Assembly: GCF_001194135.2 (NCBI RefSeq)
Contig: NC_068998.1
Coordinates: forward strand, 22,090,813-22,131,546
Length of the DNA: 40,734 nt
Direction: 5' to 3'
Source: Octopus bimaculoides
Taxonomy: Eukaryota
The notes under the pieces are model-generated. The model did no database searches. It was not told where the DNA came from and was given only the letters and a program-made list of their open reading frames with translations. The first letter of the stretch is position 1, and each line of letters opens with the position of its first letter. Positions 25,375 through 37,756 of the stretch are shown here, in pieces. Position numbers and translations under genes: made by a program.

Positions 25375-25613
25375 GACGCAGGCATGGCTGTCTGGAAAGA
25401 GGCTTGCTTCTCCACCACATGGTTCCACACCATCCCTTGACAATAGATCTTCGTGTGTTTACGTCCCCGTAATATTTTGGCTCTGCAAAAAGGGCCAATA
25501 GAATAAGTACCAAACTTACAATGAATAAGTCCAGTGGTCGATTTCTTCGATTAAAAGGCGGTGCTCCAGCCTGGCCACAGTGAAAATGACTCAAACAAGT
25601 AAAAGAATAAAAG
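25375..25613 (+). mobile_element. tRNA-derived SINE, third family, internally deleted
   Basis: Head GACGCAGGCATGGCTGTCTGGAAAGAGGCTTGCTTCTCCACCACATGGTTCC; central AATAGAATAAGTACC..GGTCGATTTCTTCGATTAAA; tail GGCGGTGCTCCAGCCTGGCCACAG..GACTCAAACAAGTAAAAGAATAAAAG. Confidence 0.75.
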
Positions 25614-25785
25614 GACACACGTAGTTATTGTGATATCAGCTACTTTTTAAATAAAGTATATCTATATATAAATTGTATTGAAAGATACAGATAAGGAAAT
25701 AATTTTATTCTCAAGCGCAGGATAATGCTAATAGTATCGCATGAGCAGGATATACTATCCATATTTTGCAGAAAAATCGATCGGC

Positions 25786-25857
25786 GTCCCGCACTGAGAC
25801 TCGAACTCCCATCTCTGGGATTACGCGTCTAGTGCTTTACTATTAAATTAAACTGAC
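25786..25857 (-). pseudogene. tRNA-Thr(CGT)-like pseudogene, left arm of palindrome
   Basis: Minus strand GTCAGTT TA ATTT AATAGTA AAGC A CTAGA CGCGTAA TCCCA GAGAT GGGAG TTCGAGT CTCAG... The B box GGAGTTCGAGTC is intact and the stems are broken. TTTTT lies a few nt downstream. Confidence 0.6.
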
Positions 25858-25922
25858 CCAACGACAAATTCTTCTTCTAATTTAGGATATATAAATAATC
25901 TAGTAGAAGAAATTGTTGTTGG

Positions 25923-25994
25923 GCCAGTTTAGCTTAGTGGTAAAGCACTAGACGCGTAATCACAAGCATGTGAGTTCGAGTCCTATGGCTGGCC
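25923..25994 (+). pseudogene. tRNA-Thr(CGT)-like sequence, right arm of palindrome (probable pseudo-tRNA)
   Basis: 72-nt cloverleaf layout: acceptor GCCAGTT/GGCTGGC (5 WC + 2 GU), D arm GCTT-AGTGGTA-AAGC (perfect), loop CGCGTAA (anticodon CGT, but G at position 33 rather than U), T loop TTCGAGT. Anticodon and T stems are mismatched. A box TAGCTTAGTGG, B box GAGTTCGAGTC, TTTTT at 26004. Confidence 0.65.
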
Positions 25995-26152
25995 ACCGAC
26001 ACATTTTTCTGCAGAATATAGTTAGTTTACACTTTTCATGCTATGTTATTACCATTATCCTGCGTTTGAGAATAAAATTATTTCCTTATCTGTATCTTTC
26101 AATACATCTCAACGCTTCTAAAGCAAACTTTGTTGACTTTCAATGTAAATTG

Positions 26153-26194
<42 letters not shown>

Positions 26195-26206
26195 GCATAA
26201 TATATA

Positions 26207-26929
26207 AAGGGTGTGATGATAATCTGCCGTCTAAATTACGCAGAAATGAAAATGCTATTGACATCTCATTTTAACAGATATATTTACCCAAATTACATAA
26301 AGATATCTTGAAATACTAAAGAGTAAACTTATTCAATAAAATAGCCAGCTCTTCTGGACGGTCTCCTTGTTTAAGTTGATGGATGCTGCTATAATCTTTG
26401 CTTTCAGATCATATTTGGTGTTGCAAGGAGTTTTGTCGATATCTCGCTCAAATGCGCCCCACACATAATAATGAAGATGGTTGAAGTCTGTGGAGTTAGG
26501 TGGACAGATGTTGGGGTGATGATGTGGTTACAGAAATTGTCTGGCAGCCATGGCTGGGTTCTCCAGGCATTTCCCGTAGGAGTAGTGTGGGAAGATGAAT
26601 GGAGCCTTAACATCACCATCACTTGTGATCACTCCAAACACCATGATGTTGACTGGATGTTTCATTTTTATCCCTCACGGTACATGTCCTTAGATTGAGA
26701 CACAAACACTCTGAAATGTTCGTATTGGAGCTTCCGGCGCGGATGCCAAGCAGTACAGCAAGTCGTTTCCGAATTTCTGGTCGAGTGAATTGCATCATGG
26801 TGTTGTTTTTCTCACAGACGGTGCCCAACTGATCCTACCATAATGTGTGGTCAACAAAATCAAAGACAAAGAATGCGCATGTGCGAAATTAAAAATATAA
26901 CATTGTGACAATTTACCCGTCGCATCCTG
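26207..26929 (-). mobile_element. maT/DD37D-type (Tc1/mariner superfamily) transposon, internally deleted, with both degenerate TIRs
   Basis: Ends are TA|AAGGGTGTGATG (26205) and, in reverse complement, TA|CAGGATGCGACGGGTAAATTGTC (26931). Minus strand: MMQFTRPEIRKRLAVLLGIRAGSS.., then KMKHPVNIMVFGVITSDGDVKAPFIFPH, WLPDNFCNHI, PPNSTD.NHLHYYVWGAFERDIDKTPCNTK (WPPNSPDLNPLDYYVWG motif), KAKIIAA. Confidence 0.8.
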
Positions 26930-29900
26930 TATATATGTATGTATATGTATATATACGTATCCATGACTTTTCTATAGATAGATATATTTCTTCCCAAATA
27001 CCTATCATATAAAAATGTGTATGTGTATGTGTGTGTGTCGATAAATAATGCGACATACTCATTATTTTTACCTATTTAAAATGTTCGTTTCTTGTGAAGT
27101 TGTTCCCTTTAAATTTAATTAGCTAATTCTTTTTTTCATTTCCCTTTCAGAATGCTATCACTCGATAAAATTTTCAGCTCGCTTCACAATTATTGTAACA
27201 TTGATATCTTCGATATTTCTCAATAAAGCGTAGTGTCAAGTAGATGAGTTTGCTAATACTTAGAAATCTGTCACATGTAGGAGACATATATTACTCTACA
27301 TATCAGCTTATATGTCATCTTCTGTTACATTTTTAATGATTCATGTTAACATTCAAAGAATCAGCTGTCATATATTACTTTTAGCAATATATTTTCTCTA
27401 ATCGAGACGGTACTTTAAATATTACAACAGCAGATGTTGCAAGAATTTATTTTATAGCATATTCTCCCACATTACTTCCAATTAAACCAAAGTAATAACC
27501 ATTGTCTTCAAAGGCATCACCACCAATATTAACTCCGAGCAATCATATGCTCAGGCATATTTTCTTAATATTAAAACTTATGTACACCATTACATATTGT
27601 TTTATTTGAGAAATATGTTATTCTATAGTACACAATTTCATTTCGTTATGAAATATTGGCATTCAAAACGTGTTATTTGACATATTGTTGTCTTATGACT
27701 TCCTATAGACACATCTGACATGTAACAATCGACAATAATGTTTGGATGTAAAAGAGTTTTCTTCGTGATATTATTCATAAGAAACATTTACTTGCAAACA
27801 ATATGTATTGTCTCCATTACTGACATTCTGTATGTTATTTCATCTTTTATCAACGCATCACATAGATTTTTGATTTTATTCTTTATGTTAAACAATGCAG
27901 TTATCGATTTTTTTTTTACCCAAAACATCAATAAAGCAATTTTGTTTCATGCACTTCTAATGTATCCCTGACATGCAAACTATTTGTACTTTTTTCTTTT
28001 ATTCTCAGCTTAATATTGTGCTTGGCACATGATAATTCAGAAGCAGAACCATTGCATAATTAGTTGAATATTCTAAGCTCAAATCTCACTAGGGTAGGGG
28101 GTGCCTATTATCATAACACATAGGAAATGAGTACCCTATATAAGACCTGTTAAATTTTTATGCCTTAGTTCTACAACCGTGAGGCCATGAGATGCTATAA
28201 GAAATCTAGCATTGAGCTGTGAGACATTTTATAAGCAGGAGTAAATGGAATTTTGTTTTTGGAAATATGTGATTACCCATTCGTATTTCTAATCTTGACA
28301 AACAATTTATATACAGACAAGAGAATGGCACTAAAATTCGGAATTGGTGCCTTACAACCAAGCAAGTTCTCTTTATAATATATCATGATGATGATGATGA
28401 TGATGATCAAAATTTCAAAATTTTGCGCATGATACAAATCTATTCTCAGGTGAACTTACGTAGACATGAAGTTCGTGCAGTATTGCCCATTGACGATGTG
28501 GAATTGCATTGGTATATTCTTCTTGTACAATTCGTTTCATTGGCCTTAGTTTTATTGTTCTGCCTGTCTCTTTCTTTGTCATGCATCACCACTTAACCAG
28601 TCAGATACTTTTTGGGTGTAGGGTTTTATATTCTGTGTGAAATGTGTTACATCTTTCAGTATCGGATGGTAAGGGTGAGAAATATATTTCCGTCATTTAT
28701 AACAGTTTTATATATATTCGTTTGTGATCGCTTTCACTATAGATTGTGTGTGTTGCTTTATTCTATTACGTTGCAATTGTGAATGTTCTGTGCTTTGATA
28801 TTTTGTAGAAACCTGCTTGCACATCGTATGGGTTGTGTATGAAACAGATTATCGAATTAAAACGATCTTAAAGTTGTATCTAGAAGATCGTCTTGGTTTG
28901 TTAGTCAACCTTCATTCGTATATAAATTTAGTGTCGCGAATTCTTTATCTTGTATAGTTTTCCACACACGTATACGCTATAACTAATCCGTATTCATGTG
29001 AAAGAGTTACCCTATTTCGTAGTAGACATTACTGACGACGCTATCTTCTCACTAGGCATACTTGTGAACAACTGAGCGACCAGAATTGAGATGGTCAACT
29101 ACCTCAGCATATTGCTACGTAGTTTGCATCTTGATATAATCTTATCTTCGTAATATCTTGTTTTAGTGTCTTTTTGTTTCGCTATACTTTACTTACTAGC
29201 AGTTGTCTATTTGAAACTGACACTGGTCTCATTCAGATTGGTCTCTTCTATTCGTATGAGTTTGGGTGTGGATAGTTTTTAACATTGCTCGTCTTTCCAG
29301 CTGTTATAGTTTAACTATTTCCATTCATATAGTATCCAGCTCATTCGATTGAATCCGTAGTTTATGTACGTTACCGGATTCCATTTACTAATATGTTCAA
29401 ATCAAGTGATCTCATTCGATATCAGTGCACATACGCGTACGTTTCACTGATGCCTTGTAGATATCACCACAAGCCAAAGGTTACGAATATGAGTCACTAG
29501 CAATCCATACAAGCATTTCTCATTATATGTTTCTTTCTCCCTTCTTATCTATCAGTCAACGTATCTAGATCATTTTCTTCCTACTTATCTCCTTCCTTAC
29601 TCACTCTCTTTGTGTATGTATAAATGTATATATATATATATNNNNNNNNNNNNNNNNNNNNNNNNNNNNNNNNNNNNNNNNNNNNNNNNNNNNNNNNNNN
29701 NNNNNNNNNNNNNNNNNNNNNNNNNNNNNNNNNNNNNNNNNNNNNNNNNNNNNNNNNNNNNNNNNNNNNNNNNNNNNNNNNNNNNNNNNNNNNNNNNNNN
29801 NNNNNNNNNNNNNNNNNNNNNNNNNNNNNNNNNNNNNTATATATATGTATGTGTATGTATATGTATGTACATGTATGCACACACACATATTCAGAAAGAC

Positions 29901-30353
29901 GGACTCGCACATCCATATACGTATATCACGCGTTTCGGTTATAATGCTCTTTGGAAGGAATGCGTATATGAAAGTCAATCGCAATATGACTTGCTGGCAT
30001 ATATTTCTAATAGCTCTGAACAAACCTCGATTATCATTCCTATTGTAATGAATCATCTAAAATCCTTCAGCTTCTTTTAGGCATAATATTGCCAGTTACG
30101 TCGCCGTTTCGTACCTGATTTTATGCCTTGTGTCAGACATTACATAGTGCCGTTGACTTTTCAGCAGTAGAATTTATCTTAACTTTTCAAGATATATAAT
30201 CCGTAACAACTGGAGTGGAGAGGTGGGTGGGGTAAGTGTCTCTGCTCTCACTCTTTGAACCATTCGTCAGTGTAGGTAGCTTATCAGACTGTTTTGTTCA
30301 ATTAAAAGGATCTCAAACATAATCGATTTATATGTGTATTAAACCCACTATAC

Positions 30354-30399
<46 letters not shown>

Positions 30400-30400
<1 letters not shown>

Positions 30401-31620
30401 TTGCCCTATGCCCTCCAACCCCACGCCAAGCTACCAACAGACTGTATCCTCCACAATCCATGACCTCATCTCCTCCTACCGTCTCCCTGTCACCGCCTCA
30501 AACCACATTGTCCGCACTCCTCGCAACCCACCATTTACTTCCTTCCCCAAATCCACAAGCCCAATAACACTGGCTGCTCCATCGTTTCCGCCTATAACTG
30601 CCCCACAGAAATGATCCCGAAATACCTCGACCGTATACTTGCGTCCCTAGTGGCATCCCTCCCCTCACACATCCACGACACTAACCATGCTCTCCGTCTT
30701 TTCAACTCTATCTCCTCCCCTCTTGGCCCCTGCAATCTAGTCTTCACTCTTGATATCAAAAGTGATTCCACACAACGAAGTGATTCTTGCCCTGAAACAC
30801 TTCGACCGAAACTCCAGCCAGACACGACCACACGTCTTCGTCTGGCCGAACTTGTTCTCTACCTCAACTGCTTCTCGTTCGTGGGGGAGTTTTACCAATA
30901 AGACTAATGAGTAGCCACGGGAGCGAGAATAGGCCCAAACTATGCGAAATTGTTCGTTGGCTACATTAAAGCCCAAATATTTTCAAGATTCACTGAGCCA
31001 ACTCCCGAATTCTACGGTCGTTTAATTTATGACTGTATCGATGTGACCTAGCACTCCCTGGAACAACTAGACTCGTTCCTCTCTTTTGTCCAATCATTCC
31101 ATCCTGCCCTCGAATTCTCCTGCACCATTTCCAAAACTTATGTCACCTTTCCCGACATTTCGGTCAACATACACAGCACATTTCTCACTACTTCTATTCA
31201 CTAGAAACACACCGACTCACACTCATACCTCAACTTCTCCTGCTCCCACGCTACCCACAACAAGCACCCCATCTGCTTCTCTCAATTCCTCCGCCTGTGC
31301 AGGTTCTGCAGTGACAACCATGACTTTGAGACTCAGTCTCAACTCATGGCTCGCCACTTCACCCTTCGTGGATATTCCCCCACTACTACCCATACCGCCC
31401 TTGCCAGAACACGTTCCGTTGACCATGCTCTCTCTCCTCGCACCAATCCTGCTGTTGCACGCCTCCCATTTCCCTTCACCTACCACCCTCCATCCTACCT
31501 ACTCCTCCAACGCACCATTCTCCGAGCCTTCCAGTGACTGTAGTTCGACCTTTCCACTTCGCATATCTTTCCCAACCTGTCCCTTCCCTCCTTCAAACAA
31601 GCCCACAACCTACGTGATAT
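30400..31620 (+). mobile_element. Penelope-like element RT and thumb region, truncated before GIY-YIG
   Basis: With frameshifts: PTPSYQQTVSSTIHDLIS, TIYFLPKIHKPN..IVSAYNCPTEMIPKYLD, LDIKS, LAELVLYLNCFSF, VATGARIGPNYAKLFVG, FYGRLIYDC (RYIDD-equivalent), FHPALEF, SQFLRLCRFCSD, FTLRGYS, FTYHP, FKQAHNLRD. C-rich coding strand. Confidence 0.88.
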
Positions 31621-32805
31621 ATGATAAAAATGAACAGAAATGCCCTTTTTCCCAATATATAATACCGTGCATGTATTTAGTGTGGCCAGTGCGTGGGTTT
31701 CATATAACCATTGTTCGAACGTAGTTGGCAGTACCCTTAAATTAAATGTGATTGCAGGGACTACCATTAATTATAACATTGGAAACACTGTATTTTCTAA
31801 AACACCCGCTACAGCGTGTGTGAACGCTGCCTTATTTCAATGTTCAGGGATACGTGTTGCAGTATACCACTTTCTAAATTATCATTTGCTAAGTATCTTT
31901 TTTTACAAAAGAAGTGAGCTCTCTCTCTATATATATTATATTGATGGGAAGCATTCGAAATGCCAATGCTTTGGAAAGGGCAAGATAACTCCTATGTCAA
32001 CAACGTTTTATGAAAGAAATATATTTGGAAAACATCTCTTGTTATGTTAAGTGCAGAGAACAGCATGCACAATGGCTACTGAGAGAAATGGAACAAGTTA
32101 TCCATCTACTTCTATGGGTAGCGTCATAGGAGAAATAATATTAAGGCCGTCATTGAAACACATAACAGCTGCTCAATAATGTCATTCGAAACACGATCAC
32201 TCATCAAATAACAGATTACCCGACAGATGGGACTTTCTCCATTTTTTTACTTTTAATTTAATGATACTTGTATCAATTGCCTTCTCCTAATGCCTCCCCA
32301 GTTCCTTTGTTGACATCGTTTCTGTACGTGCTATGCTACTCACGCATTCCTTTCGACAACGTTATTATACAATATAAACTTAGTGCATGCAATCTTTGGA
32401 TGAGGCTTATATTTAATCATTATGATATCGTAAACATGAAATGGTTCTCTGATCAGTGGACCAGATCTCTTACAGCAGGCAATCTCTCATTTCATTTCAC
32501 ATTGGAGATGTTTACGAAATTTCAATCTACGGTTTTCATAATGCTGTCTTCAGTATTTAATCCTTTACATGAAGCCATATACATAAAGTCACAGATTTCA
32601 TGCACGTTTACATAGATGTATATATGTTCCCATGCATAAAAGTATGTGTGTGTATATATACCATACGTATATGTTAGAGTTTCGGAGGAATTGGAATTTA
32701 TATTGTTTTCAATATTTAATATTAATTTTATCTGTAGATAATCATTCATATTCATTTTACAAAAGAATTATCCCACACGTACATGCAAAAACACAAGCCC
32801 AAAGA

Positions 32806-32810
<5 letters not shown>

Positions 32811-32889
<79 letters not shown>

Positions 32890-32890
32890 G
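32811..32890. repeat. (AG)n microsatellite
   Basis: Read directly. Confidence 0.95.
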
Positions 32891-33479
32891 ACACGTCTAC
32901 ACTGATACACACAAACCCATACTGAAGAATACCTATTCCTCGCACATATACATCTACAACGATATAAATTATATTTCTTGTTAGAAGACACAAATCCATA
33001 ATTTCCAGGAAATATTATTCACAATCTAATATGACAATTTTGTTTATTCTAAGATATAGAAATATTTGATAAGGAAAATACTCATAATTTTTTATTCTTT
33101 ATTAAATATTCCTTTCTTTGGTGCATTTATTTATATATTTTTGTTTTGTTTTATTTTTGCTGACAGATAATGGTTTGAAAAATATATTATTTTTTCTTTC
33201 TGCTTGCAAGGGATATTGTTGTGAAATTAAACAATATCAATATAGAGAAAACAGAAACTTATGCAATGAAGAATATAATTACATTTCTTCAAAGAGAACA
33301 TAAGTTTGCTTTTATATACGCCAAATTTCTTTCATAAAATTGGCTTTACTAAAATTGATGTGCTCTTACATATAGCTGCTTATTTATCAATCTATCCAAC
33401 AAGCTAGGTAGCTAGCGATAAACGTATGTATTTATGTATGAGTGTATATGAGTATCTACTTGAAAAATCTTTCTATATA

Positions 33480-33779
33480 GAAATCATATAGATAGATAGA
33501 TAGATATATGTGTGTGTATGTGTGTGCATGCATTATTTATATGCGCATGCATACATACCGAGCCGAACATACACATATGGGTTTCACTGTTAACTTAAAG
33601 AAGATTTTAAAAATAGATTGATATAAATATCGACTGTTGTGCGTATATGCTTATATACATACATAGATACATACATACACATGAGTGTACGTGTGTATGT
33701 GTATGCGTGCGTTTCTATCTATTCGTTCATACACAAATAAACAAGCGTACTTATGTGTCTATCTATGTGTGAGTGTGTG

Positions 33780-33822
<43 letters not shown>
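33480..33822. repeat. Low-complexity (GATA)/(TG)/(TA)n cluster
   Basis: Read directly. Confidence 0.8.
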
Positions 33823-33824
<2 letters not shown>

Positions 33825-34387
33825 TAACGCATGCGAGCATAGAAATTCAAATATGCTGCTCCATATATAAGGTATATATTACATGTATATTTTTCTGTAT
33901 GTGCTTATACATATGATATCTCTACATTTTTAAAGTAGTAACTATAAATGTAATGTTATAAATTTAATCACATAGCACAGTATCTTTAATATTTATCAAC
34001 ATTGTCTGGATTCAATTCAATAATGTACGTATCTTCCGCCTTCCGAAGTGGATTGTTTCAAAATTATTGTAGACAATATATCAAAGTGCATGAATCGATA
34101 AACATTAAGTATCGTATTTGACCAAGATATTTGACAAAACACACGTTAGAAACATTTCAGTTATTCCCCATCAAGCCTTGGTAATTTCTGGTAAGCTCTG
34201 AATTTCTGTAAGATTTAGGTTGGGACAACTAACATATCTTGTTATATAAGAAAGGAATATTCTCCAGTGGTAAAATTTTTTGTGGCACATGATGTCTGAG
34301 ATTATTTTTGCTGCAACATTTTCGATAGCGTACCGGTCACAATTTTATGCCGTGCACATGTTTTAGGAGACGAAGTAACATTACTTT

Positions 34388-34595
34388 GTTAAGCACGCCG
34401 GGCGAAAAGCTTAGCTGTATTTCGTCTGTCTTTACGTTCTGAGTTCAAATTCCGCCAAGGTCGACTTTGCCTTTCATCCCTTCGGAGTCGATAAAATTAA
34501 GAACCAGTTTTGTACTGAGGTCGATCTAATCGACTGGTCCCCTCCCCACCAAAATCTCAAGCCTTGTGCCTACAGCAGAAATGAATAAAATTATT
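34388..34595 (+). mobile_element. tRNA-SINE (abundant family), best-preserved copy
   Basis: GCACGCCGGGCGAAAAGCTTAGCTGTATTTCGTCTGTCTTTACGTTCTGAGTTCAAATTCCGCCAAGGTCGACTTTGCCTTTCATCCCTTCGGAGTCGATAAAATTAAGAACCAGTT...GCCTTGTGCCTAC. Confidence 0.9.
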
Positions 34596-34634
34596 TTTGT
34601 CACGATGTCTAATCATGTATATAAATTCCTTTGT

Positions 34635-34918
34635 TGTAGAAGGTTGTGTGCTCGATTCCCGGATGTGCGTTGTGTCTCTGAGCAAGAGACTTTATTTCAC
34701 GTTGCTCCACTCCTTACAGCTGGCAAAAATGAGGTGTACCTGTAATTCAGAATCGTGTAAAATTTCGTGTTACGCTAAATCTCCCGGAGAACTACTTCAA
34801 GGGTAAACATCTCGTTGCCCTGCCCAGCTAATTGCATGTTAATTTCACGAGCATACTTGTTCCATTGATCAGATCAACTGGACGACTCATCGTCGAAATC
34901 GACGGAGAGCCAGGCCAG

Positions 34919-34981
<63 letters not shown>

Positions 34982-34982
34982 C
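34635..34982 (+). mobile_element. CORE-like tRNA-SINE with (CA)n tail
   Basis: B-box-like GTGTGCTCGATTCCCGG, CORE-like GTTGTGTCTCTGAGCAAGAGACTTTATTTCAC, body shared with 9420-9690, then (CA)n at 34923-34982. Confidence 0.8.
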
Positions 34983-35265
34983 TTTGTCTTTGACCTCCAT
35001 TCGAAATGTTGTATGTACTGTTTTATAATATAATNNNNNNNNNNNNNNNNNNNNNNNNNNNNNNNNNNNNNNNNNNNNNNNNNNNNNNNNNNNNNNNNNN
35101 NNNNNNNNNNNNNNNNNNNNNNNNNNNNNNNNNNNNNNNNNNNNNNNNNNNNNNNNNNNNNNNNNNNNNNNNNNNNNNNNNNNNNNNNNNNNNNNNNNNN
35201 NNNNNNNNNNNNNNNNNNNNNNNNNNNNNNNNNNNNNNNNNNNNNNNNNNNNNNNNNNNNNNNNN

Positions 35266-35311
<46 letters not shown>

Positions 35312-37756
35312 TGTGTGTGTAACCATATTCCTGGCATTTCCTCCTCACTATTAAGTATTAATCGAGCATATCTATAAAATTCCTTCTTAAAAGTGTGGTT
35401 ATCATGTGTGTCTGTAGTTCATTAATTCTTGAGCGTTTGTATATCCGTTTTAGGCGTAATGCTCTTGTGTCTATCTCTAACTTCATATTATAGGTTTTAT
35501 AAACTTTTCTCTCGTTAAGCATGAGTTAGCACATTACTTTTTTTTCTTACAAGCCGAATTTTATGCCAATTTTCCGTGTTGCAGTTCTGAGTCATCTGTA
35601 ATTACACCTTCATGCTAGCCAACACAAGATGGTTGACTTTAATCGCATACCATTTGCATCTGCTGCACGTTTGATTTATAACGTCGATGAAACATGTTAC
35701 TGCCATACAAAACAGTGCAGAGGAGTTGCCTACTTACAAAATTCTCATCTCGTAGAGGCGGCTTTTGTATCTATAAATAATTAGTTTTGTTTGGATCTGT
35801 GGGAATATGTATTTTTTCTCATTTCAAGTATTTGAAGTATCTCCTTATTATTCTTACTACCATGAGAATTGGTGTCTACTCATAAGAGTGCTATTTGCAG
35901 TATCATTTGAGTGCCTATCGATATAAACCTCCGGTAAGTTGTTTAATAAGAAGATTCATCAGTTTATCGAAGTGAATAGCTTAGACTCATTTTACCTGAT
36001 TTTACCTCTTCTGATTTCAAATTTCACCACAGGGGAATTTGCTGTCCAACTTTTATGTGCCCCCCACCAAAAATAATATAGTGAGTTGCATTAGCAGAAC
36101 TATTAAAGGGACGGATGAAATGCATTACTGTGTCTAGTCTACCTGTTAGCATTTAGACAACTCCAATTCTCTCTACATAAGTGCTGAGTTGGATTGGTTC
36201 AAGTCTTTAGGTTTTTCTTAGAGAATCCTCGGTGACATAGTGAGGATAGATATGCATGAGTGAGCAACAGCTAGTCTTTCTCAAAATCATGTTCAATATT
36301 GACTGACGGAGTATATACACCAGCTGGCTATGTCATAATATTTTGGGGTGTGCGCTTGTGATATTTGTTACATACAGTTGGCATATTTTGTAGTTCATTT
36401 TCTGTTCTCTTCAGCAAATATATAGAGTATTTTTGTGTTGTTATTTCTTTTCGTCTTTTAGTGTATGTGTGTGTGTGTGTATTTGCAATAATAATAATAT
36501 CTACAGAGAACATGGACACTGGTACATCCTCAAAATTTATTTCATTTTATTTTACGGTATGTCATACGGCATATTTTTATATGATTAAATCGATCAACAC
36601 GGATTCCTGCTGCAGACAGCATGTGCAGTTGCTTAATCAACTGGGTATAATTTTCTGTGCAGTTTCGTTTTCTGTCTTTCCCCGTATTCTCTATCATTAT
36701 AATCATTGCAAATAGACACTTCAGATAATATTACGATCCAGTGAAGCGAACACCAAATACACATCGATGGAATTTACAGTGTGAGTAACAAGTCCTAGTA
36801 GTCATGGACGCGGTTAGCCGTAACCTGGAACATAACTGAAAGCTACTACGGTATCGGTCCGGATAATATATCTCTCTAAACTCACATTTATATTTATATA
36901 AGANNNNNNNNNNNNNNNNNNNNNNNNNNNNNNNNNNNNNNNNNNNNNNNNNNNNNNNNNNNNNNNNNNNNNNNNNNNNNNNNNNNNNNNNNNNNNNNNN
37001 NNNNNNNNNNNNNNNNNNNNNNNNNNNNNNNNNNNNNNNNNNNNNNNNNNNNNNNNNNNNNNNNNNNNNNNNNNNNNNNNNNNNNNNNNNNNNNNNNNNN
37101 NNNNNNNNNNNNNNNNNNNNNNNNNNNNNNNNNNNNNNNNNNNNNNNNNNNNNNNNNNNNNNNNNNNNNNNNNNNNNNNNNATATATATATATATAAAGT
37201 GAGAGAGAGGAAGAAAGGCAGACGCACAGACCGACAGTTTGCAAAAAGGATAAATACATGTTTACATTACAGTTCCTACGAAAGTTTCAGCGTTATGGTT
37301 GTTTGGAGCCCTTCAATAGGTGTTCAAAAGGTTCAAGCACAACCCATCATCAGACAACTCTTTATGGTATCTCTTCATTATTATGAATTATTAAATTCTG
37401 GTGCTTCTTTTGATGATCTTGGGTAAAATCTTCCGTTGTTTATAATACTGTTTAGGCCGACATAGTCTCTATTTATATTACTGTATATTGAATAATTCTA
37501 TAGAACATTATTTCTGAATAATTCTATAGAAACATGATGTTGCCACATTAGTTGGTCATTGCATTGAACGGTAAACAATTCCCATGCGCGGCCGAAAATA
37601 TCAACTTCCAGACTTTCGTGCAAAATTGATTTTATTTAAATCCGCGTGGATAAAAAATCGGTGTCAGATGAATATCGCTCACCGCACTTTGAACTTAAAA
37701 TTTCATTTGATATCGTATGTAAATCTGCTGATATGAAGTTATTTCACAGGTGGTCA

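Noticed and set aside
27130-27970. AT-rich block with a faint VNIGG-MPL peptide on minus resembling the NIDGLP motif of some DNA transposases
   Set aside because: It needs a frameshift and nothing else in the block supports it. Too weak without a BLASTX hit.
30277-30291. TAGCTTATCAGACTG, identical to the first 15 nt of vertebrate miR-21-5p
   Set aside because: The match stops at 15 nt, there is no complementary arm on either side to form a pre-miRNA hairpin, and miR-21 is not expected in this lineage. Treated as chance.
31086-32050. 212-aa Ser/Pro/Thr-rich ORF and the following 136-aa ORF
   Set aside because: The first is an off-frame reading of the C-rich Penelope strand. The second has no recognisable motif or splice support.
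1909-37530. Several short spaced direct duplications of 11-18 bp (about 1909, 6985, 15462, 16592, 30760, 37490)
   Set aside because: Only two units each, with no conserved repeat or regular spacers, so not CRISPR-like. Ordinary slippage or repair duplications.
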